From contig CAZUFC010000040.1 in NCBI GenBank assembly GCA_964619725.1, positions 1 through 42,515 of the forward strand: DNA of 42,515 nucleotides, written 5' to 3'. Each line of letters starts with the position of its first letter. Within the stretch, counting starts at the first letter, position 1. The notes below the pieces were generated by a model that did no database searches, was not told where the DNA came from, and saw only the letters and a list, made by a program, of their open reading frames with translations. The stretch comes from an uncultured bacterium (lineage in GTDB: Bacteria; CSSED10-310; CAZUFC01). Positions 9,953 through 19,682 of this stretch are shown in pieces. The position numbers and the translations under genes are program-made.

Positions 9953-10374
9953 CGCAGCATTTCGAGTACAAAAACCGCACACCGCCTGTCCCATAAATTC
10001 GATTCCCCATTCAAAGTTTAATTTTGGACTGTCTCAAAGGTTTTAGGATAAAACTGGATTTTTCATCAATTATCGTTTCCTTGCGGATCGCCTCATATTT
10101 ATTCTTTTTTTTACAATAATTTAAAAGTCGCCTATGCCGGCAAATGAAATTCTCATTTTTCCCGGTATTGCAGAAATTTGCAGTTTTCTTTTTTGTTTGG
10201 TAATATAGTCTAGTTGCGGAAGGCGAAGGAAGAGGGCTCCGCAAATTCTGCCTGATTTTACAGAAGGTTACGAATTTTCTTGACTGTCCGCCCGCAGGAG
10301 AGAATATTTTGAAACGCGGGGGCCGTGAAGTCGGCCTTCGGGTATAGAAGAACCAGGAAATTTGGGAAGGGATC

Positions 10375-13300
10375 ATGTGCAGGAATTTAAATATTTTTCT
10401 TAAGCCGGTAAAGATCAAGGATTTTTATTTTAAGCTGGTAAACGGTACTGAGTATGAAGTAAGGACGAAGGAGGAGATTCGGGAGTTATTGGAGGAGCGT
10501 CGAGAATTTGCGGGATACGTAGCGGAGAATTGCAGCAAGTTGAACACGAAGGCGGGATATGATGCGGCCGGAATGGCAATCGGATTAAAAGACCTGGATT
10601 TATTGTCACAGCGTTTGACTTCACTGGAGGATCGCTTCGGAGAGGATGAGCTGGATGAGACGATAGACGAGTTGCTTGGGGAGGTAGTTCCGGTATTGTA
10701 TACGCGTACGAACATATCGAAGGACGGCGGCGATCTATTAAGGACGTGGGATCGGTTATATTCCCGTTTGCAGTACAACCGTGATGATTTCATCGTTAAT
10801 TTTCTGACTCACATCCGACAGGCTTCTCAGGGAGACATGTATTCGGAGGCGAATGCTCATCCGCACCAGGAGGAGTTCAAATCGGAGCGAGTAAAGATAC
10901 ACACGGTGGGTATAAACAAGAAGCCGTCGTATTACGAGCGGACGCCGTTGTATCGCAACAGCGTATTCACGACGGCTCATAACGGGGATATCAATGACGC
11001 TCAGAATTACAAGGTATTTTTAAAGAGGGAGGGATATGTATTCCGCAGCAATTCGGATTCATGCATCATCCCGGCGCTTCAGCGATTCATATATGAGCAT
11101 ATCCACGACGGTAATCTTATAGGGGCGTTGAATAAACTGGCGTATACGGACCCTGATTTATTGCAGAAAAAGGAATTTCAGGCTGATTCAAGCGGTCGTG
11201 TGGGGCTTCAGTGTTATCCGCTGGGCGAAGAGAACAAGGGAGCGAAAGTAACGGCACAAATAGACGGATTCAACGTAAGATTCATGAGAGACGGGGAAGA
11301 AGCCGGCAATTTCAAGCAGAGGGGATTCATAAGGGACGACCGTTATTCCACGGCGACTCACAAGATATTGAGTCTGGACCGTCTGGCGAGGAAGCTTCAG
11401 GATGAGAATGCGAAGAAGGTGACCATAACGGCGGCGGTAACGGCGCGAATTCTTGAATATTCCAATTCCAAGAACAAGTTCGTGTTTCAGACGTTTTCAT
11501 CGATAGGCAGGACGAAGCTGGGCTGGATCGGCGGGGGCACATATAATTTAGTCCGTGGCGGAACGAGAGAAGGAGGCGAAGCCGGCGGCGAGGCGGTATT
11601 TTATATACCGAGGGAGCATGACAGGAGGAATTATGAGCATGTATCCGTAATTTCGGCATCGGAGGAGGATGCTTTGAAGGAGCGGATAAGTTTACTTGAC
11701 GGAGAGGCATTTGAGAGAAATGAGATAAAAACGGCCTCGACGCGTGAGGTGGATATCGATCATATACCGGGATATAAGATAAAGGCGTTCATCAGCCAGG
11801 GACTGGCGCCTGTATATGATTTGTTGCCGGGGGAATTGCTTGAGATAAATTCTGACGGAGATGCTTCGGTTTACGACATGTATTCTGCAGCCAGGCAGCG
11901 CCTGGTATCCATTCTCGACGAGAAGAAAACGGATCAGACGGCGGAAGAAATTGACGTCAAGCGGGAACGTTTTGCGCCGCTGAAGGTTTTCAAGCTCGAA
12001 TACAGAAATGAGCAGGGCGAACCGGTGACGCCGCCCTACAACAAATATGGAGAAGAGATAAGGGTCATACAACCGCTTGCACTGGCCGACAATACGAAAT
12101 TGCTGTTCAAAAACGGCGAGGCAGATCGAATACATCTGAGGGAAAACAACAACGGCGGCCTGGGATTGCGAATGGGAGCGGACAACCAGGACGTCCGCGA
12201 GCTTCTGATACAGAGTTTGAGATATAAGGTGATGGGGGCAGCTGGAACCTCGGAGTTAATCATCAACATAGCCGAGAATATATGTCGCAAGCTGGGTTTG
12301 AATAAGATTCCCACCCTGGTGCTGGACGGTTTCACGGGCTCGGATACGGTTCCTCCTTATGTGGACAAAAACACATTATTGATCGCCAATTCCAATTCAG
12401 GCGGCACTTCGGATACGATCAAACTGGTTAACGAGGTTACGTCTCTTCAATCGGTTATGAACCGGGTGGAAAGCGAGATGCTTCGTCGGGACCCCTCGGA
12501 AAGGGATGTCGGAGGAACCTTAGCGTTAATAGACAAGATAAAGAGCGAGATAAAGAAGGGGCGTCGGATCGAGCAGATAGACACGCAGGCTTTGAAATTT
12601 TTAAAGGACTGGATGCCTTGGGTATACGTCATAACGAATATAGAATCAAGCGTGCTGGGCAACATGGGGAAAGGCATAGACAAGTCTATATACCGTCCTG
12701 CAGGCGCCGGCATCACGAATTTGCCCGGAGAAGAATGCGTGGGTTCGACTTTTGCAGCCATGGCCTCGCTGCAGTGGCAGATAACGCTGGATGCTTATCT
12801 GGGTGAAATGCGCGGCGAAATATCTCATGACTATGCTCAAAATATTTATACTCAGTTGGCCAAACTTCCGGAAACAGTTGAAAAGATAGTTGGAGATCAG
12901 AAGCTCATTGACCAGATAGAGCAGTTCAGCGAAAGGCTGGTCGGCGGCAATTATGATTTTATTTATACCGGGTTCGTCAACGGCGTCCCGGAAGAACAGG
13001 CGCATAAAGCCGCGGAAATGATCCAGGAGATGTTCGTGGGGTGGAATTTCTTTATGTTTCAGCATGGGAAATACGCTCACGTCAAGCGTCAGGGCCGGCA
13101 TTCCGTAGGATCGGTCGTCGGGCATAACGTTCCGCCTCCCACATGGCCCTTTTTTAACGAAAGGGCGAAAAAATCGGCCAAGGAAATCGGCCCCAGGGCG
13201 GCCGTCTGTTTCATGATAGCGCATGATAGCGATTACCATGAACTGGCCTCCATTCCCTATTATCCGCCGGATTTCATTTTCACTTATCCGGAAGACAGCG

Positions 13301-13965
13301 TGGTTCTCTATCCCTTCCAGGTTATTCTTATTGCGCAGTTGATTTCCTACATCTGGGGAGAGAAGAAGCAAAAAATAGCAGAGATTATTTCAGGGTGGAA
13401 TGAGGAAACGGTGGATATTTTGCTGAAAATACCGCAAAAATCCCGGAAAATACCGAAAAAACTCTTTCCCAGAATCAGAAAACACTGCCGCAAAGTCTTA
13501 AAGGAATTCACCGCCATGAATACGGAAACTCAAAAGCTGGACCGTATCGAAGGCCGCCGACGGGAATATATTAGAAAATGCCTGATCTTGCTGACGAACG
13601 AATGGAAAGACAAAGTGAAAGTATCGTCAGAGGCTTTACTGAATTCCAGCGCGCATGATGGAATTTACAATATAAAATGTGAATCAGGAGACGGCCGGGA
13701 ACCGGGAGAACATCTGGCCATTCTGAAGAGTCTGGCGTTGGAATTGAGCAATTCGGAACAGGCGAAAAAACTGGCGGATCATTTTCTGGTTGATTCATCA
13801 GGCAGGGTGAGTGAAAAGCAATACAGGTTTTACAAGCATAACGGCGAATTGACCGAGATGAGCGAGTATGATTACTGGTGCCAGTATGAAGGGTTGGGGA
13901 CATTTTACACGGTTGATGCCGTCCATCCGCCTAAAATCGCTAAAGCCAAAAAAGGATGGTTATGA
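10375..13965 (+). CDS. Highly divergent, enlarged GlmS-like protein (class II glutamine amidotransferase + two SIS domains)
   Basis: In GlmS order: M-C start, GYDAAG, HIRQASQG, NAHPH, HNG, FRSNSDS, AAGTS, SNSGGTSDT, CVGST, HKAAEM, QHG, PPKIAK. Confidence 0.85.
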   Translation: MCRNLNIFLKPVKIKDFYFKLVNGTEYEVRTKEEIRELLEERREFAGYVAENCSKLNTKAGYDAAGMAIGLKDLDLLSQRLTSLEDRFGEDELDETIDELLGEVVPVLYTRTNISKDGGDLLRTWDRLYSRLQYNRDDFIVNFLTHIRQASQGDMYSEANAHPHQEEFKSERVKIHTVGINKKPSYYERTPLYRNSVFTTAHNGDINDAQNYKVFLKREGYVFRSNSDSCIIPALQRFIYEHIHDGNLIGALNKLAYTDPDLLQKKEFQADSSGRVGLQCYPLGEENKGAKVTAQIDGFNVRFMRDGEEAGNFKQRGFIRDDRYSTATHKILSLDRLARKLQDENAKKVTITAAVTARILEYSNSKNKFVFQTFSSIGRTKLGWIGGGTYNLVRGGTREGGEAGGEAVFYIPREHDRRNYEHVSVISASEEDALKERISLLDGEAFERNEIKTASTREVDIDHIPGYKIKAFISQGLAPVYDLLPGELLEINSDGDASVYDMYSAARQRLVSILDEKKTDQTAEEIDVKRERFAPLKVFKLEYRNEQGEPVTPPYNKYGEEIRVIQPLALADNTKLLFKNGEADRIHLRENNNGGLGLRMGADNQDVRELLIQSLRYKVMGAAGTSELIINIAENICRKLGLNKIPTLVLDGFTGSDTVPPYVDKNTLLIANSNSGGTSDTIKLVNEVTSLQSVMNRVESEMLRRDPSERDVGGTLALIDKIKSEIKKGRRIEQIDTQALKFLKDWMPWVYVITNIESSVLGNMGKGIDKSIYRPAGAGITNLPGEECVGSTFAAMASLQWQITLDAYLGEMRGEISHDYAQNIYTQLAKLPETVEKIVGDQKLIDQIEQFSERLVGGNYDFIYTGFVNGVPEEQAHKAAEMIQEMFVGWNFFMFQHGKYAHVKRQGRHSVGSVVGHNVPPPTWPFFNERAKKSAKEIGPRAAVCFMIAHDSDYHELASIPYYPPDFIFTYPEDSVVLYPFQVILIAQLISYIWGEKKQKIAEIISGWNEETVDILLKIPQKSRKIPKKLFPRIRKHCRKVLKEFTAMNTETQKLDRIEGRRREYIRKCLILLTNEWKDKVKVSSEALLNSSAHDGIYNIKCESGDGREPGEHLAILKSLALELSNSEQAKKLADHFLVDSSGRVSEKQYRFYKHNGELTEMSEYDYWCQYEGLGTFYTVDAVHPPKIAKAKKGWL

Positions 13966-14528
13966 TAATGGCTCAACGATTACATTCACGTTTCAGAATT
14001 AGACTGTCCAAGTACATCAGTTATCTGCTGCGACACGGGGCCGAAGATGAAGGTTTATCGTTAGATGAGCACGGCGCCGCAGATATTTCCGATCTGCTTG
14101 ATAAGTTGAACGAGAAGTGGCGATGGCTTTCACGGGACCATATTACCGAAATAGTCACCAAGGACCCCAAAGGGCGTTTCATCCTGGAAGACGAAACTAT
14201 CAGGGCGGCCTACGGGCACAGTCTGCCTGTTCTCCTGAAAGACGAACCGGTCATACCCCCGGAATATCTCTATCACGGCACTTCAAGAGAATCGGCAGAG
14301 GAAATCCTGGCAGAGGGATTAAAACCCATGAACCGTATGTTCGTTCATCTGAGCCGGGATGAAGAAACAGCGAGAAATATAGGCGAAAGAAGAGACGAAG
14401 CTCCCGTCATCCTCGTCATTGATGCACGGCGCGCTTACGAAAGCGGCATTCCCTTTTACGACAGAGGTTCAGTGATGCTTACCAAAGAAATACCACCTGA
14501 ATTCATTCATGAATCAGACAATTTTTAA
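13962..14528 (+). CDS. kptA: RNA 2'-phosphotransferase (Tpt1/KptA family)
   Basis: SKYISYLLRH, KGRF, IRAAYGHS, LYHGT, LKPMNRMFVHLS. ATGA overlap with the upstream stop; alternative starts at 13956 and 13968. Confidence 0.93.
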   Translation: MIMAQRLHSRFRIRLSKYISYLLRHGAEDEGLSLDEHGAADISDLLDKLNEKWRWLSRDHITEIVTKDPKGRFILEDETIRAAYGHSLPVLLKDEPVIPPEYLYHGTSRESAEEILAEGLKPMNRMFVHLSRDEETARNIGERRDEAPVILVIDARRAYESGIPFYDRGSVMLTKEIPPEFIHESDNF

Positions 14529-14539
14529 AGGGCGAAATT

Positions 14540-15013
14540 TCAGTTGATTTTTTTCAGTTCTCCGGGAGTGCCTGATTGAGCTACTTTATCGGGATTCAGC
14601 TCATAACGCGATGACTCGCTGAAGAACCATCCTGTCTCAAATTGCGCCGTTTCCACTGCATCCGATCCGTGCACGACGTTTTTTTCAATAGAGGAACCGA
14701 AATCTCCTCTGATGGTTCCTTCAGGAGCCTCAGCCGGATTCGTCGGCCCCATAATGCGGCGCCATTTCGAAATGGCATTGTCGCCTTCCAGGATCATCAG
14801 AAAAATGGGGCCTGATGTCATAAAATCGATCAAAGTACCGAAAAAAGGTTTATCTTTATGGACAGCGTAGAATCCTTTTGCTTCGAATGCGCTCAATTGA
14901 GTCATTCTCGCCGCGATTACGGATAAACCGTTCTTTTGAATGCGTTGAATGATCTCTCCCATCAAACCGAGCGCCGTGCCGTCGGGTTTGACAATAGCCA
15001 GAGTATGTTCCAT
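14540..15013 (-). CDS. ndk: Nucleoside diphosphate kinase
   Basis: TLAIVKPDG, FYAVHKDKPFF, GTIRGDFG, NVVHGSD (catalytic His). Confidence 0.98.
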   Translation of the reverse strand: MEHTLAIVKPDGTALGLMGEIIQRIQKNGLSVIAARMTQLSAFEAKGFYAVHKDKPFFGTLIDFMTSGPIFLMILEGDNAISKWRRIMGPTNPAEAPEGTIRGDFGSSIEKNVVHGSDAVETAQFETGWFFSESSRYELNPDKVAQSGTPGELKKIN

Positions 15014-15131
15014 GACGATCTCCTTGGGTATGATTTGTTATTATTCTGTAAATAGTTATGAGCGTTCCGCAGTTGTAAAGGAAAAAGAATCAATATTGAT
15101 TTTCCTTTATCCCGTTGGGCGAACCGGCCAT

Positions 15132-15160
15132 AAGCTAGCAGCCGGAAGCAGGCATGTCAA
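15132..15160 (-). promoter_or_regulatory. Sigma70-like promoter TTGACA-N17-TAGCTT for ndk
   Basis: Consensus -35 immediately after the upstream stop codon; 17-nt spacer. Confidence 0.45.
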
Positions 15161-17071
15161 TCAACGAATATAACCCAGTCCCTGGAGGCGTTTTTTTATA
15201 TCTTCATCCAGCGGCGACCTCACGACGGCTTCCTGGCCGCGCTTTTCGCCGGTTTCATAAGTTTCGATCATATTGAAATGGGGACCGGTCTTCAAGGAAT
15301 CCAGGTTTTTCATGCGAGCGCCGGCCATATCCCTTGCCGCGGGCAATCCGAAATAATTCAGAAGCAAAGGCGCTATCTCATATATCGAACTGTCGGGCAG
15401 TTTGCTTCTGTCCGTCAGACCGGCTTCAGCCCAGGCTAAAACGCCTTTAAGGCGATGCGTTCCAGAGTGTTTTTTGAACTTTTTATAGAGATAATAATTG
15501 TCTTCATGAGGTACTGCTGCACCGAACCCATGATCGGAAACAAGAAGCCAGGAAGTCTTTTTTGTCCCTGTTGAGAACAATGTTTCCAATAATCGATCAT
15601 GCATCCGATAAAATTCAGGAATTACTTCAGCCAGGAGGGAGTCCAGCGAGGAGTCGCGGTCGGAAAAAGCGCGGGGTTCGAATTCTTTCCAGAAAAAATG
15701 AGAAACATAATCTATCCCGGGAAAATAAAGGGCCGCAAATTGAGGCTGATACTTTTTCATCAGGTAGGCGCTGAGAGCGTGAGACGTCTCCGTCGTCGCA
15801 GCAGCCAGGCGCAGCATGAAAAAAGGGTCCATGTATGATTTTACCTGGGCGGACATATCGAATGAATAACCGAATTTGGAAGTCAAAGCTGCATTGCTGT
15901 CGAACGGGGAAATAATAAACTTTTCCAGCGACGCCGGCATATTTTCCGGATATGTCGCCTGCCCGACCCGTTCGGGAGAAAACAGAGAAAACCGGCTCCA
16001 GCCGAACCGGTCAGAAATGTTGAGTCCCTTTGCCGGTTCAGCAGGCCAGCCGGCCCACCAGTTCATAACGACGCACGATACGTCATGGTCGCTGAAAATA
16101 TTCCACAAGGCTTTGACTTTTCTGAGCCGCGATGAAATGGGAACGACCGGAAAAATGCCGCTTTCCTTGACCAGGTTCATCATGCAGGGAAAACCGCTGA
16201 GAAATTTCCGCGTCCCCCGAATCTGATAAATTAAGAAATCGACTATGCCGTGCTGTTCAGGCGTCTTTCCCGTGATCAGCGAACTCCAGATCAAAGGAGA
16301 ATACATCGGCCGCAAACTGATCAGACTCCCGTAATGTCCATGCCTGAAAAAAGCCTCAAAATTAGGCGCTCGCCCTGTTCTTACCATAGGTATCAGAACG
16401 TTCCAGGATGCCCCGTCCACAGCCGTCATTATCAAACGACCGAAATTAATGTCTTCCTGCGCTTTTTGCCGATAAACCTGAGTTTGTTTCAGTTGCTCGC
16501 CTGCATAATCCTCTTCCGAGCCGGCTCTCATTATTCCCCAGTGAATGAATATTGAAGCTGAAAGCGCGACCGGGACCGGCAGAAACGATAATAAACGCTT
16601 CAGCCATGATGAGCTGCGAAACAAGAAAACGAAAACCAATCCCAGCGATCCGACGATTATCCATGAGGATATGAAAATTAAATATTCGATTTTCATTATT
16701 GAAGAACCCGCATATGGATTCCTCAAATATTCATTGATGAAAATACTGAAAATCGTAATTCCCGAAAAGATGAACGCCGTCCTTTGAAAAAAATCAGTCT
16801 TTCTGCCGAGGACCCCTTCCCCCAGTCGGATGAAAAGCCCGGACAATATCCCCAAAAATCCCCCCAATATAGCATAAACCCCTCCGATATAAGCCAAAGT
16901 CCTCAGCGCCGCCGCATGAGAATCCAGAAGAACGCTTTCCCGCCCCAAAATAAAATGAAAAGCAAGAAGTCCATAACAAAAACCGATCCCGGCGCCCCAG
17001 GCGAAACATTCCGCCATGCGCAAAGGCAACTGCATGAAGCTGTCGTTTGTCGTCCGTTCATCCATATTCAA
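15161..17071 (-). CDS. Membrane-anchored alkaline phosphatase superfamily protein (type I phosphodiesterase/nucleotide pyrophosphatase-like)
   Basis: About 5 N-terminal TM helices; VDGASW, SPLIWSSLITGKTPEQHGI, DYVSH, VSDHGF; C-terminal LQGLGYI. Confidence 0.88.
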   Translation of the reverse strand: MNMDERTTNDSFMQLPLRMAECFAWGAGIGFCYGLLAFHFILGRESVLLDSHAAALRTLAYIGGVYAILGGFLGILSGLFIRLGEGVLGRKTDFFQRTAFIFSGITIFSIFINEYLRNPYAGSSIMKIEYLIFISSWIIVGSLGLVFVFLFRSSSWLKRLLSFLPVPVALSASIFIHWGIMRAGSEEDYAGEQLKQTQVYRQKAQEDINFGRLIMTAVDGASWNVLIPMVRTGRAPNFEAFFRHGHYGSLISLRPMYSPLIWSSLITGKTPEQHGIVDFLIYQIRGTRKFLSGFPCMMNLVKESGIFPVVPISSRLRKVKALWNIFSDHDVSCVVMNWWAGWPAEPAKGLNISDRFGWSRFSLFSPERVGQATYPENMPASLEKFIISPFDSNAALTSKFGYSFDMSAQVKSYMDPFFMLRLAAATTETSHALSAYLMKKYQPQFAALYFPGIDYVSHFFWKEFEPRAFSDRDSSLDSLLAEVIPEFYRMHDRLLETLFSTGTKKTSWLLVSDHGFGAAVPHEDNYYLYKKFKKHSGTHRLKGVLAWAEAGLTDRSKLPDSSIYEIAPLLLNYFGLPAARDMAGARMKNLDSLKTGPHFNMIETYETGEKRGQEAVVRSPLDEDIKKRLQGLGYIR

Positions 17072-17191
17072 TCGCCCAGCGTCTCCCGAAAATTACCGGG
17101 AATCGCCTCCTGTTATCCTGCCATAAAAAGCCTGTAAAACAAAGCAAATAACCGGGAAGCCCCCCATAAACATCGATGTCTCAATGCTTCC

Positions 17192-17214
17192 CGAAGGGCT
17201 CTGACCCCTTTGCA
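17192..17214. repeat. REP-like element copy 2
   Basis: CGAAGGGCTCTGACCCCTTTGCA, intergenic. Confidence 0.65.
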
Positions 17215-17277
17215 ACCCTCACTGCACCAATGATTCCCGTTTGTTTTTATGCCCCGGCCAATATCCTGGTTTTCGTA

Positions 17278-18726
17278 TCAGTCTGAATCAAGCAAGCCGG
17301 CTGATGTGGTTATGTTGGGAGTCTTCCCGTATTTCTGCACCAGATATACGTATATTTCATCGTCTACAGGAAAATTCAAATCTTTGAACTCGCTTCTCAG
17401 ATCGCTTTTTAACCCATAACTGATAGCGGTCGCAATCAAGGTGGCCCGGAAAGCTTCCGCATCGGGCGAATTATTTCCCGGATCATACATCGACTGCATT
17501 TCCTGATCGAATATTTGAAGAAAATCCATCATTCGCTTTGCCGGCAGCCTGTAACCCGCATTCCCCTCTTCCGCATGCAGAAAAAACATATACGCGGCAG
17601 TCATGAAAGTATTGAATGTTTCATCATGCGGCGTTTCAGGATCGTTCCAGGTGCAAAACGGAGCCTGGGCGCCTCTATATTCCTCATAAGCATTTCTCAC
17701 GATAGACATTGACCGGCATGCGCTCAACTCAATTTCTTTCTTTAAATTTTCTCCCAATCCGTAATACTCATAGTTATTGATGATCTCATATGCTGCAGCA
17801 TGCTGAAAAATCTGCGCCATTGTTTCAGAGTAAACGGCATTGGCGCAACCGTCGATTTTACCGCCGTAGCAGAAATTAGCGGGAGTATTTAAAGTGAAAT
17901 TATGTCCCATTTCGTGAAAAAACGAAGAAAACTGGAGATTACCCTCCAGAGCGTAGTCACCGACCCCGAAACTGACCGGATCGGTAAACCAAAGGGTATA
18001 CATACCGCCGAAGCCCGGGTGTCTAAGCATAGCCTGGTTGAAGCTGCCGTTGAGCAAAAATACGTTATGATTGACCATATCCCATTCAATCCACGCTGCA
18101 ACTGAAAGAACATATTGCAGACTGCAGCGCGAATAGACGTCGAAAAAAGGCTCATCAAAATATGTCAGATAAGGTGAAGGAAAGTATTGCGGCATTCTCC
18201 AGTTATCCAGGGTTATCTCCTTTTTTGGAATATCGACCAGTATTTCATGGGGCAGAGTGACGGGTTGGATTGAGGGGGGAACGAATCGAACCGACAATTC
18301 AGCCTTATCTGTTGAACCGTCTGAATAATAAGCGGTAACGGAAATCACACGGTTCAGGTCCGTGCAGCCGTAATAATGCTGCTGCGGGAAAAAGCCGTCG
18401 TTTGAGGTTCCGTCGTCCCATTCAAAGGTAAATGGCGTGGCGGGTTGCCTGGTGTCGCAGCCGTTGACGCATACCAAACCTGTTACGGGGTCTATGCTTG
18501 TTAAATTTAGAGATAAAGTTTGCGGTTCTCCGAACAACTGCCGTTTGAAATTGAATCCTGCTGAGACGTCACAAGTCAAAATCAGAACGGCAATAGTCCA
18601 GGAGCCGAGAAATCGAAGAAAAGGGATTCGATTAAGCGTTACGGCTGATATCAGAATGCGCCGGGAAGCTTTTCTGCCGGTCTGGAAAAAATGAAAGCGC
18701 CCGTTATATTCTAATTGACGGTACAT
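17278..18726 (-). CDS. Putative secreted zinc metallopeptidase (gluzincin-like) with an N-terminal PKD-like domain
   Basis: AAGGAG RBS; FTFEWDDGT...FPQQHYY (PKD-like); FFHEMGHNF followed by YSETMA. Confidence 0.7.
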   Translation of the reverse strand: MYRQLEYNGRFHFFQTGRKASRRILISAVTLNRIPFLRFLGSWTIAVLILTCDVSAGFNFKRQLFGEPQTLSLNLTSIDPVTGLVCVNGCDTRQPATPFTFEWDDGTSNDGFFPQQHYYGCTDLNRVISVTAYYSDGSTDKAELSVRFVPPSIQPVTLPHEILVDIPKKEITLDNWRMPQYFPSPYLTYFDEPFFDVYSRCSLQYVLSVAAWIEWDMVNHNVFLLNGSFNQAMLRHPGFGGMYTLWFTDPVSFGVGDYALEGNLQFSSFFHEMGHNFTLNTPANFCYGGKIDGCANAVYSETMAQIFQHAAAYEIINNYEYYGLGENLKKEIELSACRSMSIVRNAYEEYRGAQAPFCTWNDPETPHDETFNTFMTAAYMFFLHAEEGNAGYRLPAKRMMDFLQIFDQEMQSMYDPGNNSPDAEAFRATLIATAISYGLKSDLRSEFKDLNFPVDDEIYVYLVQKYGKTPNITTSAGLLDSD

Positions 18727-18876
18727 ATTCAGAACTCTCCTTTCGATCAGGCATGATAATTGGAAAATGGAAAAAAAGCAAAAATGCTTCTCCCCTGAAT
18801 GTATCGGCTATTGAATTTAAACTGATGAAAAAATCCTGCCTGTTCTCCCTGACGGTCCAGAATAAACGCAACGGCA

Positions 18877-19650
18877 TCAAAGCGCGTTTTTGCGACCTAA
18901 AGCGATCAGCCGGCCTGCATTGATTCCATATTCGTCGCCGTTGAGATTCCCGTAAAGCTGCACATTAGTAAAACCGACTTGTTCCAGGCAGTCTCTTAAT
19001 TCTCGTCCTGAATAAATAGTATGGTGGAATTTGAACGTCCTGACCATATCTTTGCGGATGATGATCCATTCATTACGTATGCGGGTCCAGTCGTCGAAAA
19101 TCTCATGCCGCTGGATCAATCGAGCGCCGTCAGGCAACTCCTCGCTTGTGGTCGGTTGAAAAAACCGGGCCAGGGCTTCTTTACCTTTCACATCTATGAA
19201 AAAAACTCCAGCGGGTTTTAGACTGGCGAAAATATTTTCGAGAGTCCGCAAATCCTCCTTTTTATCGTCAAAATATCCGAAAGAGGTGAACGTGCTTAAG
19301 ACAATATCGAAACTCTCAGGGCGAATAAAATCCCGCATATCCGCCTCCGCCCACTCGATGTCGACTCCTGCCTCTTCGGCCATAGTGCGGGCTTTTTCCA
19401 ACAGAAATCTGGTCTTGTCTACTCCGGTAACCTGGTAACCGGCTTTTGCCAGACCGACGGCAAACCTTCCGGGTCCGCAACAAAGGTCCAGGACTTTCTT
19501 ACCTGAAGGGTTCAAAGGTTTGATCAGCTCCAGGATTTTTTCCAGGCTCTCTGCCGTGTGCTTGAACCGCTTATCAGAAAAAAGAAAAGGATAGAGCTCC
19601 CGCCAGAAATCTTCATCATCAAACCATTCTTTCTCTCGTTTATCAGTCAT
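18877..19650 (-). CDS. Class I SAM-dependent methyltransferase
   Basis: VLDLCCGPGR, VTGVD, DMRDF, FTSFGYF. Confidence 0.93.
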   Translation of the reverse strand: MTDKREKEWFDDEDFWRELYPFLFSDKRFKHTAESLEKILELIKPLNPSGKKVLDLCCGPGRFAVGLAKAGYQVTGVDKTRFLLEKARTMAEEAGVDIEWAEADMRDFIRPESFDIVLSTFTSFGYFDDKKEDLRTLENIFASLKPAGVFFIDVKGKEALARFFQPTTSEELPDGARLIQRHEIFDDWTRIRNEWIIIRKDMVRTFKFHHTIYSGRELRDCLEQVGFTNVQLYGNLNGDEYGINAGRLIALGRKNAL

Positions 19651-19682
19651 TCGACTTCATCCCTGGGTTAAAGTTAAATTTT

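Noticed and set aside
9960-10374. glmS ribozyme upstream of the GlmS-like gene
   Set aside because: Only a GGCGAGG resembling the core GACGAGG is present; the AGCGCC cleavage-site motif and the downstream TATCGAA are absent.
10011-10418. 135-aa minus-strand ORF
   Set aside because: Lies in an AT-rich divergent promoter region, overlaps the GlmS-like start and has no protein-like motifs.
13360-13910. Intein as the explanation for the GlmS insertion
   Set aside because: No C/S start with HN-C/S/T end at the boundaries (the only HN is followed by G) and no LAGLIDADG motif.
17278-17325. Degenerate IPTL-like tail on the peptidase (TPNITTSAGLLDSD)
   Set aside because: No TM helix follows in any frame; the resemblance is too weak.
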